A DNA stretch of 64,000 bases, taken from positions 3,676 through 67,675 of the forward strand of contig JAGZZN010000001.1 of the NCBI GenBank assembly GCA_018377375.1, in the 5' to 3' direction. This DNA is from Streptococcus parasanguinis (GTDB lineage Bacteria; Bacillota; Bacilli; Lactobacillales; Streptococcaceae). The position numbers were made by a program, and so were the translations under genes. The notes below the pieces were generated by a model. That model was given only the letters and a program-made list of their open reading frames with translations, did not search any database and was not told the origin of the DNA. Shown piece by piece: positions 21,452 through 32,294 of this stretch; the stretch's first letter is position 1, and every line of letters begins with the position of its first letter.

Positions 21452-22261
21452 TTATATCTTCGTCAAAGGAGTCGCGGTGTCTGGTGAGGTATCCAGCACC
21501 TCAAAATCATGACCGACTGCTAGATCTGCTCTGGCCAGTTGGTTCTCCATGGTCATATGGGCTAATTCTTTGATATTGTTCTCTTTTGACAAATGCCCCA
21601 GATAAATCTTCTTGGTGCGATTTCCCAAGGTCCGGATCATGGCATCTGCCCCATCTTCATTAGAAAGGTGCCCCAGGTCAGACAAGATCCGTTGCTTCAA
21701 ACGCCAAGCATACGAACCTGCTCGAAGAATCTCTACATCATGGTTGGACTCAATCAGATAGCCATCCGCATCCGCGACGATTCCTGCTAAGCGATCACTC
21801 ACATAGCCCGTATCCGTCAGCATGACAAAGCTCTTCCCATCCTTCATCAAGCGATAAAATTGAGGGGCTGCAGCATCGTGACTAACGCCAAAGCTCTCAA
21901 TATCAATATCTCCGAAAGTCATGGTCTTGCCCATTTCAAAGATATGCTTTTGAGCATCATCGACCTTTCCTAGATACTTGGTCCCTTCCATAGCCTTCCA
22001 AGTGGCTTCATTAGCATATAGATCCATACCATATTTCCTCGCTAAAACACCCACACCATGGATATGGTCTGAGTGTTCGTGCGTAATCAGAATGGCATCT
22101 AAATCTTCTGGTTTGCGATCAATTTCAGCCAATAGTCCCGTAATCTTTTTCCCTGAGAGACCTGCATCAATGAGCAGTTTTTTCTTTGGTGTCTCAAGGT
22201 AGAAAGAATTTCCACTAGAACCTGAAGCTAAAATACTGTACTTAAATCCCTCTTCTGTCAT
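21452..22261 (-). CDS. vicX: MBL-fold metallo-hydrolase VicX
   Basis: LASGSSGN, THEHSDH, third gene of the vic operon. Confidence 0.95.
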   Translation of the reverse strand: MTEEGFKYSILASGSSGNSFYLETPKKKLLIDAGLSGKKITGLLAEIDRKPEDLDAILITHEHSDHIHGVGVLARKYGMDLYANEATWKAMEGTKYLGKVDDAQKHIFEMGKTMTFGDIDIESFGVSHDAAAPQFYRLMKDGKSFVMLTDTGYVSDRLAGIVADADGYLIESNHDVEILRAGSYAWRLKQRILSDLGHLSNEDGADAMIRTLGNRTKKIYLGHLSKENNIKELAHMTMENQLARADLAVGHDFEVLDTSPDTATPLTKI

Positions 22262-22268
22262 TGACTCC

Positions 22269-23621
22269 TTATTCTTCCTCTTCTGTATCCCAGTCGTCTT
22301 TAATCGCATCTTTGTCGTACGGCAAGACAATGGTAAAGGTAGATCCCTTACCATATTCACTCTTGGCCCAAATAAAGCCTTTGTGTTGCTTAATGATCTC
22401 CTTAGCAATGGCTAAGCCCAGACCAGTCCCACCTTGGGCCCGGCTACGCGCCTTATCCACTCGGTAAAAGCGATCAAAAATGCGTGGCAAGTCTTTCTTG
22501 GGAATTCCCAAGCCCTCATCTGAGATAGAGATAATCAACTGGGCATCTGTTGTTTTCATCCCTACCTTGATTTTCCCACCATCGGGTGAGTATTTGATGG
22601 CATTGTTCAAGATATTGTCGATTACCTGGGTCATTTTATCCGTATCTATTTCAACCCAAATCGGGGTGATTGGATATTCACGGATCAGTTCATACTTCTT
22701 GGTATCTTCTTGCGATTGACTCTTGATCTTATCAAACCGGTTTAAAATAAAGGTAATAAAGGCTGTAAAGTTGGTCAACTCGATGTCCAACTGACTAGTT
22801 TCATTATCGATTCGTGACAAGCTCAAAAGATCTGTGACCATACGCATCATGCGGTTGGTTTCATTCAGTGAAACCTTGACAAAATCTGGTGCCACCGGCT
22901 CTGACAAAGCGCCATCATCTAGGGCTTCCAGATAGGATTTCACACTGGTCAAAGGTGTTCGCAGTTCATGACTCACATTGGAGACAAAGAGGCGACGTTC
23001 CCGTTCTTCCTTGTCCTGCTCTGTCGTATCGTGCAAGACAGCTACCAGACCAGAGATAAAACCTGACTCGCGACGAATCAAGGCAAAGCGCACACGAAGG
23101 CTTAAGTACTCCCCATTTTCATCCTGGGAATCGATGGTTAACTCTGGTACTTCAGTAATCAAGCTTCGCAGATCATAGTCGTCTCCAAGCGAAAGCAAAT
23201 CAAGAATACTGGTATTGAGAACCTCATCTGGATTAACATTCAATTGCTTGGCTGCCATTTCATTGACCATGATGATCTGACCGCGTCTGTTGGTCGCAAG
23301 CACCCCATCTGTCATATAAGAAAGGATACTGGTCAAACGCTTGGTTTCTTGTTCCAAGTTTTCATGCGTCAGGCGAATAACCTCCGACAGATCATTGATA
23401 CTATTGGTCATATCCGTCAGTTCTGGACTTCCTTGCATGTCGACCACTTCGGAATAGTCCCCTGCAATCAGATCCTTAATTTTGGCGTTTAATTGTCTGA
23501 GCTTGATATTGTCCCTACGGTTTTCTAGCAAAAGCAAGGCTACCACAATGATAAACCCAACCGTAATCAGAACAAAGACAAAGTTCGACGACATGACAAA
23601 TTGTTTTATTAGATCAATCAT
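22269..23621 (-). CDS. vicK: Sensor histidine kinase VicK/WalK
   Basis: Single [23 protein letters not shown]. Confidence 0.97.
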   Translation of the reverse strand: MIDLIKQFVMSSNFVFVLITVGFIIVVALLLLENRRDNIKLRQLNAKIKDLIAGDYSEVVDMQGSPELTDMTNSINDLSEVIRLTHENLEQETKRLTSILSYMTDGVLATNRRGQIIMVNEMAAKQLNVNPDEVLNTSILDLLSLGDDYDLRSLITEVPELTIDSQDENGEYLSLRVRFALIRRESGFISGLVAVLHDTTEQDKEERERRLFVSNVSHELRTPLTSVKSYLEALDDGALSEPVAPDFVKVSLNETNRMMRMVTDLLSLSRIDNETSQLDIELTNFTAFITFILNRFDKIKSQSQEDTKKYELIREYPITPIWVEIDTDKMTQVIDNILNNAIKYSPDGGKIKVGMKTTDAQLIISISDEGLGIPKKDLPRIFDRFYRVDKARSRAQGGTGLGLAIAKEIIKQHKGFIWAKSEYGKGSTFTIVLPYDKDAIKDDWDTEEEE

Positions 23622-24315
23622 TGTTTCTCATATAATATCCGACACCACGGCGGGTCAAGATATATTCTGGACGTCCCGGTGTGTCCTCGATTTTTTCACG
23701 CAAACGACGAACTGTCACGTCCACTGTCCGAACATCACCAAAGTAATCATAGCCCCACACCGTCTCAAGAAGGTGTTCACGGGTCATCACTTGACCGACA
23801 TGGGTCGCAAGGTGATAGAGCAATTCAAATTCGCGATGGGTCAAGTCCAATTCTTTGTTGCCTTTTTGAACCAAGAAAGCATCTGGAAGAATGTGAAGAT
23901 CACCAATGACAATTTCCGTATCGGCCTCATTTTCAAGTTGAGGATCAGCCGCAAACTCCGAACGACGCAACAAGGCTTTCACACGCGCTTGCAATTCCCG
24001 ATTCGAGAAGGGTTTGGTTACATAGTCATCCGCCCCGATTTCAAGCCCAATGACCTTATCAAATTCCGTATCCTTAGCAGATAGGACAATGATCGGCACA
24101 TTGCTAGTCTTACGAATCGTCCGCGCCACTTCCAAGCCATCAATCTCTGGCAACATCAAATCTAGAATAATAATATCCGGATTTTCAGCCGCAAAGACCT
24201 CTAAAGCTTCCCGACCATCAAAGGCTGTCAATACCTCATAGCCTTCTTTTGCCATGTTAAATTTGATAATATCTGAAATTGGTTTTTCATCATCAACTAC
24301 TAATATTTTTTTCAT
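23614..24315 (-). CDS. vicR: Response regulator VicR/WalR
   Basis: OmpR family, [26 protein letters not shown]. Confidence 0.97.
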   Translation of the reverse strand: MKKILVVDDEKPISDIIKFNMAKEGYEVLTAFDGREALEVFAAENPDIIILDLMLPEIDGLEVARTIRKTSNVPIIVLSAKDTEFDKVIGLEIGADDYVTKPFSNRELQARVKALLRRSEFAADPQLENEADTEIVIGDLHILPDAFLVQKGNKELDLTHREFELLYHLATHVGQVMTREHLLETVWGYDYFGDVRTVDVTVRRLREKIEDTPGRPEYILTRRGVGYYMRNND

Positions 24316-24471
24316 CTTACATACCTGTTTCTAATGCTACTTTTCCTTATCAATCTCTATCTTCTTATTATATCAAACTTATGAAGAAATGTGGAGTCTC
24401 AATTGCTGGACTTTCCAATAAGACAAAGCAAAAAGACTGAGATCATTACATCTCAATCTTTTCTTTTTGTA

Positions 24472-24531
24472 TTATTTTGAAACGCGGGATTTGTTGGAGA
24501 TATCAGCTAGGATTGCTGCTACATACTCATC
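24472..24531 (-). pseudogene. Displaced second copy of the thrS 3' end (DEYVAAILADISNKSRVSK*)
   Basis: Aligns with ThrS C-terminus [19 protein letters not shown]; followed by its own terminator at ~24429-24462. Confidence 0.8.
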
Positions 24532-24815
24532 ATGTTTAAACATTAAAACGGTATCTACTTTCAGAGGAGATATCGTTTTTCTTCTTCGGATAAGGATACA
24601 AAAATTTCTGCCTTCACTATCTTTTAAATCAATTGATTTCTTCAGAGAAAGACCGTAAAATTTTTGGTATAATGTCAAGGATGGACTGATGGATATTTAA
24701 AAGATAATGTTCAAAAAAATAACAGGTGAGAATTAAAAATATGTCAGTTTGGACAGAAGTCTCTCTACCATCATCCATGCAGAAACAAGATTATATGAAA
24801 TAAAAGGAGTAACCA

Positions 24816-25865
24816 ATGTCCGGAAACTATTCAACACGTGAATTTCGCGAGAAACTATATGATGATCTTCATGTTCGATTAAGAGATACCGTGATTTTGA
24901 TGTGTGCGATTTTTATTGCCTCTATAGGTCTAAACATGAATTCAACAGCTGTTATTATTGGAGCCATGCTGATTTCCCCTCTTATGACACCGATTGTGGG
25001 ACTAGGATTCGGTTTAGCTATTTTTGATACGCGTTTAATCAAGCAATCTCTAGAGGTTTTATTTACTCAAGTATTGGTCAGTTTGCTTGTCTCGACTCTG
25101 TATTTCTGGATTTCTCCCTTATCTTATGCAAGTAGCGAGTTGATTGCACGAACCTCTCCAACCATTTGGGATGTTCTCATTGCTATTGCTGGTGGGATAG
25201 CAGGTGTCATTGGTTCAAGGAAAAAAGAAGCAAACAATATCGTGCCTGGCGTAGCCATTGCAACAGCTCTGATGCCACCTATCTGTACTGCAGGCTATGG
25301 TTTAGCTAATGGAAATGTGCGATTTTTATTCGGGGCTCTCTATCTTTTCTTGATTAACTGTGTCTTTATCATGCTAACCAATATTGTTGGAACAAGAATT
25401 TTAATGAGAAAATCTCCTTTAAGTTCATTTAAAGAGCTAAACATTAAAATGAGAATTGGGCTGATATCTTTGATTGTATTATTGGTTCTTCCAGCCAGCT
25501 ATTCAGCAGTCACTCTGACGATGGATCAAGCACGAAAAGAAGGGATTAAACAGTTTGTAGGCAAAGAGTTCTCTAATCATACGATCATTAATCAAGTCTA
25601 CAAGTCAAGTAGCAATGAATTGGTCTTGACAGTTGTTGGAGATCCGATTTCAGAAGAAGAATTAGAAACCATTCGCCAAAAACAAGACTCTTACGGTATT
25701 CAATCTGTTCAATTGAAAGTCAATCAAGTCCATAATTCGACAAAATTAGATAGTGAGACGACCAAGGAATTTTACGAAAACATTGACAAGTATATCGATC
25801 AAAAACTCTCTGAAAAAGATTCACAAAACGATCTCGTAAAAGAAAATGAAGCAGACAAGGATTGA
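24816..25865 (+). CDS. DUF389 (TIGR00341-like) membrane protein
   Basis: NSTAVIIGAMLISPLM and PGVAIATALMPP motifs. Confidence 0.9.
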   Translation: MSGNYSTREFREKLYDDLHVRLRDTVILMCAIFIASIGLNMNSTAVIIGAMLISPLMTPIVGLGFGLAIFDTRLIKQSLEVLFTQVLVSLLVSTLYFWISPLSYASSELIARTSPTIWDVLIAIAGGIAGVIGSRKKEANNIVPGVAIATALMPPICTAGYGLANGNVRFLFGALYLFLINCVFIMLTNIVGTRILMRKSPLSSFKELNIKMRIGLISLIVLLVLPASYSAVTLTMDQARKEGIKQFVGKEFSNHTIINQVYKSSSNELVLTVVGDPISEEELETIRQKQDSYGIQSVQLKVNQVHNSTKLDSETTKEFYENIDKYIDQKLSEKDSQNDLVKENEADKD

Positions 25866-26076
25866 GGATAGTCAACTTATCTAACTCATGGAAGCAAATC
25901 TTGGGAGGATATCCTATATCCAAAAGTTCATGGATAGAAAGGATTGTTGATGAGGATACTATTTGTGGCGATTTGACCGATCACTACTAGCTCAGGTTAA
26001 ACAAAATAGAAAAAGCAACAACTGAAATAGTTGTTGCTTTTTCTTACTAAAAAATATTTATCAGACTGTGATCGTT

Positions 26077-28020
26077 TTATTTCTCAACACGAGATTTATT
26101 TGCAATATCTGCAAGAATCAATTCTACAAATGCATCCACTGACATGTTTTCTGTTTCTTTTTGACCATAACGACGTACGTTTACAGCCTTGTCTTCCATT
26201 TCCTTGTCACCAACAATCAATTGGTAAGGAATTTTTTGAGTTTGTGAAGCACGGATCTTGAACTGCATTTTTTCATTGCGTTCATCCACATCTGCACGAA
26301 CACCACGGTCACGAAGTTTCTTAGCCACTTCCCAAGCATAGTCCACGTGTTTTTCGTTCGATACTGGGATAAGGGTTACTTGGTGAGGAGCAAGCCAGGT
26401 TGGGAAAGCTCCCTTGTAGTTTTCAATCAAGATCGCAGTAAAGCGTTCCATCGTTGAGATAACCCCACGGTGGATCATAACTGGACGGTGTTCTTCTCCA
26501 TCTGCTCCAATGTAATGAAGATCAAAGCGTTCTGGAAGCAAGAAGTCCAATTGGATGGTAGAAAGGGTTTCTTCTTTACCAAGAGCTGTTTTCACTTGGA
26601 TATCCAATTTTGGTCCGTAGAAGGCTGCTTCCCCTTCTGCTTCATAGTACTCAACACCCATATCATCAACGGCTGCTTTCAACATGCGTTGAGCATTTTC
26701 CCACATTTCATCGTTGTCAAAGTATTTGTGTTTGTCTTCAGGATCACGGTAAGACAAACGGAAACGGTAATCTGTCAAGTTAAAGTCTTCATACACATCG
26801 ATGATCAATTGAAGGATCTTCTTGAATTCTTCCTCGATTTGTTCTGGAGCCACAAAAGTATGACCATCATTCAGAGACATTTCACGCACACGTTGAAGAC
26901 CAGTCAAAGCACCAGATTTTTCATAACGGTGCATCATACCGATTTCAGCGATACGGATTGGCAATTCACGGTAAGAGTGCACATGATGTTTGTAGACTTC
27001 AATGTGGTGAGGACAGTTCATTGGACGAAGAACAAACTCTTCTCCATCCCCCATATCCATTGGTGGGAACATGTCTTCACGGTAGTGATCCCAGTGACCT
27101 GAAGTTTTATACAGTTCTACAGAAGCAATTGGTGGAGTGTAGACGTGTTGGTAGCCTGCTGCTACTTCTTTATCAACGATATAGCGTTCCAACTCACGAC
27201 GGATGGTCGCACCATTTGGCAACCAGAATGGAAGACCTTGACCAACTTCTTGAGAAATCATGAAGAGGTCAAGCTCTTTACCAAGTTTACGGTGGTCACG
27301 TTCCTTAGCTTCTTCACGCATTTGAAGGTAGTTCTTCAAGTCTTTCTTGTCAAACCATGCTGTACCGTAGATACGTTGCATCATCGCATTGTCGCTATTC
27401 CCACGCCAGTAAGCACCAGCAACGTTCAGAAGGTGGAAGATTTGGATGCGACCAGTTGATGGGACGTGTGGTCCACGGCAAAGGTCAACGTATTCACCTT
27501 GACGGTAGATGGTCAACCCACCTTCGTCTTCTGAGTGTTCTTCGATCAATTCTAATTTGTATGGATCATTTTTGAAGATTTCACGCGCTTCATCTTTAGT
27601 CACTTCTTCACGAATAGATGGGAAGTTTTCTTTGACGATTTTTTTCATTTCTTCTTCGATACGAGGAAGGTCTTCGTTAGAGATTTGACCCGCTTGGTTG
27701 TCTGTATCGTAGTAGAAACCATCTTCGATCGCTGGACCGACACCCAAGTGAATATCTGGGAAGAGGCGACGAGCTGCTTGGGCAAACAAGTGTGCCGCTG
27801 AGTGACGCAAGATTGGAAGTGCATCTTCGTGATCAGGTGTCACGATTTCAATGCTTCCATCTTCGGTGATGGCACGAGTTGTGTCAATCAATTTGCCGTT
27901 GAATTTACCAGCAAGAGCTTTTTTAGCCAAAGAATTGCTGATAGATTGGGCAATTTCAAAAGTAGTAACGCCAGATTCGAATTCACGAACAGCGCCATCT
28001 GGGAAAGTAATCTTAATCAT
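26077..28020 (-). CDS. thrS: Threonine--tRNA ligase
   Basis: TGS domain, [22 protein letters not shown]. Confidence 0.98.
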   Translation of the reverse strand: MIKITFPDGAVREFESGVTTFEIAQSISNSLAKKALAGKFNGKLIDTTRAITEDGSIEIVTPDHEDALPILRHSAAHLFAQAARRLFPDIHLGVGPAIEDGFYYDTDNQAGQISNEDLPRIEEEMKKIVKENFPSIREEVTKDEAREIFKNDPYKLELIEEHSEDEGGLTIYRQGEYVDLCRGPHVPSTGRIQIFHLLNVAGAYWRGNSDNAMMQRIYGTAWFDKKDLKNYLQMREEAKERDHRKLGKELDLFMISQEVGQGLPFWLPNGATIRRELERYIVDKEVAAGYQHVYTPPIASVELYKTSGHWDHYREDMFPPMDMGDGEEFVLRPMNCPHHIEVYKHHVHSYRELPIRIAEIGMMHRYEKSGALTGLQRVREMSLNDGHTFVAPEQIEEEFKKILQLIIDVYEDFNLTDYRFRLSYRDPEDKHKYFDNDEMWENAQRMLKAAVDDMGVEYYEAEGEAAFYGPKLDIQVKTALGKEETLSTIQLDFLLPERFDLHYIGADGEEHRPVMIHRGVISTMERFTAILIENYKGAFPTWLAPHQVTLIPVSNEKHVDYAWEVAKKLRDRGVRADVDERNEKMQFKIRASQTQKIPYQLIVGDKEMEDKAVNVRRYGQKETENMSVDAFVELILADIANKSRVEK

Positions 28021-28116
28021 GATTTTCTCCTTATAAAGTTTTTAGTAGCTAAATGGGTGGGAGATGTCTTTGAACATTGGAATCGTCACTCCTTTTGATG
28101 TCTTCATGAAGAAATC

Positions 28117-28322
28117 AAAAAAGCGACCTCCTCGAAAGGACGTCGCAACGTGGTTCCACCTTCATTTATGTTCCTCAAAAAAGAGGGACACCTCTGATTG
28201 GCTCTAACGTAGCCACCGTTTTATGTTTGCATAAAAGAATCACGAGTAGTCCCAAACCTATCCTCTACGCGATTTCCAGCCCCACGCGCTCTCTATCAGA
28301 TTTCCTAGATTTGATATGTCTC
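28117..28322 (-). promoter_or_regulatory. T-box riboswitch (thrS leader)
   Basis: Minus strand AAGGTGGAACCACG T-box followed by gcgacgtcct...aggaggtcgctttt terminator; upstream AGAGA/GCTG stem I features. Confidence 0.88.
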
Positions 28323-28373
28323 TGTCAGTTATTATAGCACGATTGAAAAATTTTGCAAGAAAAAGTTTCATTT

Positions 28374-29696
28374 TCAATCAAAGAAATGCGTGATTTTACG
28401 GATTTTCTTCACTTGTTTGACCGAAGCCTTCATCATCTTCACAGATCCATTGACCGGAAGAGCAATCACCTTGGTCGGGATTTTCACAATGGTCTTAGAC
28501 ATCCGCTTAACCCGACTTTGCTCAGGATTCAAATCATTTGAAAAGTCTTTAGAGATGATTTTATCCAAGTAAAATTCGTAGACCCGACGGCCAAAGGTTG
28601 CTGCAGAAATATCATCAATCTTTTCTGCCCACTTGGTCTCATCGATTGGTGGCATCTCCTCAATCGCTTCAAGAATCGCTTGTGCCAGATCACTCTCTTC
28701 ATAAAAGAGCTTTCCAAACATAGGGTCATCAATCACATGATCGAGATAAGGATTGCCATGAGCGATGATCGGGGTACCACTCGCAATACTCTCTAAATAA
28801 GTCAACCCTTGCGTCTCACTCGTTGAAGCTGAAATAAAGAAGTCAGCCGCCTTATAGTAAAGAGCTGTCTCATTTGGTGGGATCATCCCTGTAAAGACAA
28901 CCGCATCTGAAATCCCCAGTTTCGCCGCTTGTTTTTTCAAATCATCCAAATAAGGACCATCTCCAGCCACGATCAACTTAACTTTTGGATTGACCTTGAG
29001 GACATCAGGAAGGGCCGCAATAACAGCCTGAATATTCTTTTCATAAGAAACCCGCGACAGACTCAATAAAAGCGTTTCATCTTCTGCGACTTCATATTTT
29101 TCACGAAGAGCTGCTGTCTCTGTCGGAGTGATTTCCGGTCGGTCAAACTTGGCCAAATCAATCCCTGTCGGAATAATGCGTTTTTCTGCCTTGACCTTGT
29201 ACTTTTGGAGCAAGTCATAAACGATCTCACTAGGACAGATCACTCCATCTAGATCATTCATATAACTTCTCACAATGTATTTGACCATACTTGGGCGAAT
29301 GACCATACCTCTTGCAATATAGCGGACATAGTCCTCATACTGAGTATGGTAGGTATGAATAACAGGAATCCTCAACTCGCGTCCAATCCACACTCCCAAA
29401 AGGCCCAGTGAAAACTCAGTCTGGGTATGGATAATATCCAGCTGGTATTGCTTGGCAATGGCAAGCGCCTTTGAGAATCCACGATAAGCAACGCGGCGGT
29501 CCTTAAAGGCGAAGAAAGGCACACTTGGAATCCGAATGATCTGCCAATCTTCATAGCGGTTGACATCTTTATCCGTTGTCGTAAAGATAAAGACCGTGTG
29601 ACCCAATTTTTCTAATTCTGTTTTGAGCGTCCGAATACTGGTCGCCACTCCCGAAACTTGCGGGAAATAGGTATCTGTAAATAACCCTACACGCAT
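28374..29696 (-). CDS. GT4 glycosyltransferase, 1,2-diacylglycerol 3-glucosyltransferase (MGlcDAG synthase)-like
   Basis: MRVGLFTDTYFPQVSGVATS N-terminus, SETQGLTYLE. Confidence 0.88.
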   Translation of the reverse strand: MRVGLFTDTYFPQVSGVATSIRTLKTELEKLGHTVFIFTTTDKDVNRYEDWQIIRIPSVPFFAFKDRRVAYRGFSKALAIAKQYQLDIIHTQTEFSLGLLGVWIGRELRIPVIHTYHTQYEDYVRYIARGMVIRPSMVKYIVRSYMNDLDGVICPSEIVYDLLQKYKVKAEKRIIPTGIDLAKFDRPEITPTETAALREKYEVAEDETLLLSLSRVSYEKNIQAVIAALPDVLKVNPKVKLIVAGDGPYLDDLKKQAAKLGISDAVVFTGMIPPNETALYYKAADFFISASTSETQGLTYLESIASGTPIIAHGNPYLDHVIDDPMFGKLFYEESDLAQAILEAIEEMPPIDETKWAEKIDDISAATFGRRVYEFYLDKIISKDFSNDLNPEQSRVKRMSKTIVKIPTKVIALPVNGSVKMMKASVKQVKKIRKITHFFD

Positions 29697-29697
29697 C

Positions 29698-30696
29698 TTA
29701 CATCTCCAAAACTGTTTGATAGGCTTCGACCAATTGATAAGCCACTAAGTCAATCGAACGACTTTCAGCGACCTTGTAGCCTGCCTCCCGCTTGTCTACT
29801 TGTCCGTTCAAGACCTTGTTCAAGGAATCCACAAATTCGTCTACATTATGGCACAATTCAGATGACGTCTCGTCAATCCAGCCATTATATACGGGAATAT
29901 CCCGCAAGACCGTGTGCTGATGACTGGCCAAGGCTTCCAAAACAACGATTCCTTCTGTTTCTTCATAAGATGGGAAGAAGAAAGCATCTGAACCCGTCAT
30001 GGCCCCTTGGAAGACTGCTCCCTTGAAGTAGCCAGGGAATTCCACATTACTAGGATGATCCTTTTCCACGATACGACGAATCTTACGCGGAATGATCCAT
30101 TTGTTGATAGAACCTAGCCAAATAAAGCGAACATCCGGCATGCGACGGGCCACTTCTACGAAATCTTCAATCCCTTTGCGTTTAAAATAAAGCCCTGCAC
30201 AGATGACAACCTTTTGGCCTTCTTGGATATTAAAATGCTTGCGAAAGACTTCTTCTTTTTTCGGATCCTTCTTGTATTTTTCCAAATCAATCCCATTGGA
30301 AACCGCGATAATCGGTGTGGTCACCCCATAAGACTGAATCAGGTGTTTGGAATACTCAGATGGCGTGATCACATAGTCTGCCTTTTGGTACATGTGAGCC
30401 AAATACTTACCAAACAAGGGCGCAAAAAAGTTAGACCCGATAAAGGAATTTTCAAAATCCTCACGGGTTGAATGGCCATGCATGATGACTTTCTTTCCAC
30501 GACGCTTTGCTGCATGGAGCAAAAGGAAACTCCGTGGGCCATAGGTATTGATATGCACCACATCATAATCTCCTAAAATATCTGTCGTATACGGAATCCC
30601 AGCCAAATCAAGCGCATGCATTTGATGCTGCAAGGCTCGACCAATTCCTGATTTTTGTAATACGGATTTTCCTTCTAAATACAGTAAAACTTTCAT
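29698..30696 (-). CDS. GT4 glycosyltransferase, diglucosyl-diacylglycerol synthase-like
   Basis: KSGIGRA, HGHSTREDF, EETEGIVVLEA; paired with the preceding GT. Confidence 0.85.
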   Translation of the reverse strand: MKVLLYLEGKSVLQKSGIGRALQHQMHALDLAGIPYTTDILGDYDVVHINTYGPRSFLLLHAAKRRGKKVIMHGHSTREDFENSFIGSNFFAPLFGKYLAHMYQKADYVITPSEYSKHLIQSYGVTTPIIAVSNGIDLEKYKKDPKKEEVFRKHFNIQEGQKVVICAGLYFKRKGIEDFVEVARRMPDVRFIWLGSINKWIIPRKIRRIVEKDHPSNVEFPGYFKGAVFQGAMTGSDAFFFPSYEETEGIVVLEALASHQHTVLRDIPVYNGWIDETSSELCHNVDEFVDSLNKVLNGQVDKREAGYKVAESRSIDLVAYQLVEAYQTVLEM

Positions 30697-30798
30697 ACTT
30701 TCTATTATACCGAAATAAAGAGTGCCCAGCAAGTCTCTGCCTGTTTGCAGTATAAAAAAGAGGCTAGAACAGTTCTGTTCGAAATTTAAAATTCTATT

Positions 30799-31386
30799 TT
30801 ATTTATATACGATATACAAAATCCAATTGCGATTCTGTTTTTCCTCAATTTTTGAAAAACCAATACTTGTTAGTAACTGACTAAATTCATGACTTGTACG
30901 ATAATCTGTCATATGATAATGTATTTTTTCTTTTTCAGAAGCAATTATCAAAGTAGAATTGCTGGACATGACTCTATAAACTTCTTGAAAACTCTTTTTT
31001 ATATCCTTCCAAAAAATATGGGTCTGAATAGCAAATATTCTATCAAAATAGTTATTTTGATAAGGCATATTCTCCACATTTCCAATCTTAAGTTGGACAC
31101 TACCTTTTCTTATGGAATCTGAATGAACACGTTGGGCAGTTCTATATGATTCCTTAGAAATATCAATACCATGAATCTCAAGATTTTTATTTAAAGCAAG
31201 AAGGTTCTTGATAGTACTCCCGCCACCGTAACCAATTTCTAAAATTCTATAATTATCTGAAATAGTAGTCTGTTTAATCGCCCAAAGACTAAGTTTTTTA
31301 AAATAGAATGACCATATTTTTGTGATGACTCTACCAATAAGACCACTAGGTTTTTGAGACTGCTTAATAAGAAATTCAGTTAACAT
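30799..31386 (-). CDS. Class I SAM-dependent methyltransferase
   Basis: ILEIGYGGG motif I, GIDIS, N-terminal KPSGLIGR. Confidence 0.88.
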   Translation of the reverse strand: MLTEFLIKQSQKPSGLIGRVITKIWSFYFKKLSLWAIKQTTISDNYRILEIGYGGGSTIKNLLALNKNLEIHGIDISKESYRTAQRVHSDSIRKGSVQLKIGNVENMPYQNNYFDRIFAIQTHIFWKDIKKSFQEVYRVMSSNSTLIIASEKEKIHYHMTDYRTSHEFSQLLTSIGFSKIEEKQNRNWILYIVYK

Positions 31387-31410
31387 TAAATATCTTCCCT
31401 CAATTATTAT

Positions 31411-31444
31411 AAGTTTGAAATATCATTAATTATATTTCAAACTT
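31411..31444. promoter_or_regulatory. Putative TetR operator palindrome
   Basis: aagtttgaaatat-N8-atatttcaaactt between the divergent genes; degenerate second copy ~31481-31507. Confidence 0.6.
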
Positions 31445-31542
31445 AATTGTATTGTAAATATCAGATATCGTCAAGAATTAATGAAATAATCTGAGATAAA
31501 TTTCAAAGTTGTGCTATAATTGATATCAAATGGAGTGTTCAA

Positions 31543-32133
31543 ATGAATCAATATCAAAAAACAACAGAAAAAAAGAAGCAAGCTATTATTCAGTCTGCTC
31601 TTTCTTTATTTAAAGAAAAAGGGTTTAAAGAAACAAGTATACAATCAATTGCAAAAGTCGCAGAAGTTTCTCCTGTGTCAATCTACAATTACTTTGATAA
31701 GAAAGATAATTTAGTAGCTTTATGTATTAATGAATTGTTTAAAGACATCATACAAGAAGCTGAAAACATTCTACTCAGTAATATAGATTATAAATCAAAA
31801 TTAAATCAAGCCTTAGCTTTATGTCAGAAAAAAATAAGCCAACAGATTTCTAACTACTTTCAAGAAAAAACGTTAGAGGATCCTACTTTTACGAAACTTA
31901 TGACAAAAGCGATAGATGAGAAAAAGCGTGAAATATATCGTGCATATATTGAGCTAGGTAAAAATGAAAATATAATTGCTAAAGATTTGTCAACAGAGGT
32001 TATATTAAACGTCATGAGTGCTCTCAATAGCACAGGAAATCATCTATCTCCAAATAAAAACATAGAAGACGAAACAAAACAAATTCATCATATTTTGTTG
32101 TATGGTATTTTAACAAACTCTAGAACGATTTAA
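31543..32133 (+). CDS. TetR/AcrR family regulator
   Basis: N-terminal HTH LFKEKGFKETSIQSIAKVAEVSPVSIYNYF. Confidence 0.92.
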   Translation: MNQYQKTTEKKKQAIIQSALSLFKEKGFKETSIQSIAKVAEVSPVSIYNYFDKKDNLVALCINELFKDIIQEAENILLSNIDYKSKLNQALALCQKKISQQISNYFQEKTLEDPTFTKLMTKAIDEKKREIYRAYIELGKNENIIAKDLSTEVILNVMSALNSTGNHLSPNKNIEDETKQIHHILLYGILTNSRTI

Positions 32134-32211
32134 TTGTAACTTACACATCAATATTTGAACCAACACTCATTCAATTTCACTTCATCATTACTTATGATTA
32201 ATGACACATAT

Positions 32212-32245
32212 AAAAAGAGGCTAGAACAGTTCTGTTCTAGCCTCT
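32212..32245 (-). terminator. ccpA terminator
   Basis: agaggctagaacag/ctgttctagcctct hairpin with A-run on the + strand. Confidence 0.75.
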
Positions 32246-32294
32246 CAGACTAGTAGACACGTCTTCCCATGTCGAGACTCTAGTCTACCAATCC

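Larger units (their letters stand above)
30755..32237. mobile_element. Low-GC islet bounded by 26-bp direct repeats
   Basis: aaaaagaggctagaacagttctgttc at 30755-30780 and 32212-32237. Confidence 0.75.

Noticed and set aside
23482..24084. 200-aa plus-strand ORF
   Set aside because: Antisense shadow of vicR/vicK.
24472..24678. 68-aa ORF as a real gene
   Set aside because: Only the last ~19 codons are meaningful (displaced thrS end); the rest lacks an RBS.
26470..27102. 210-aa plus-strand ORF
   Set aside because: Antisense shadow of thrS.
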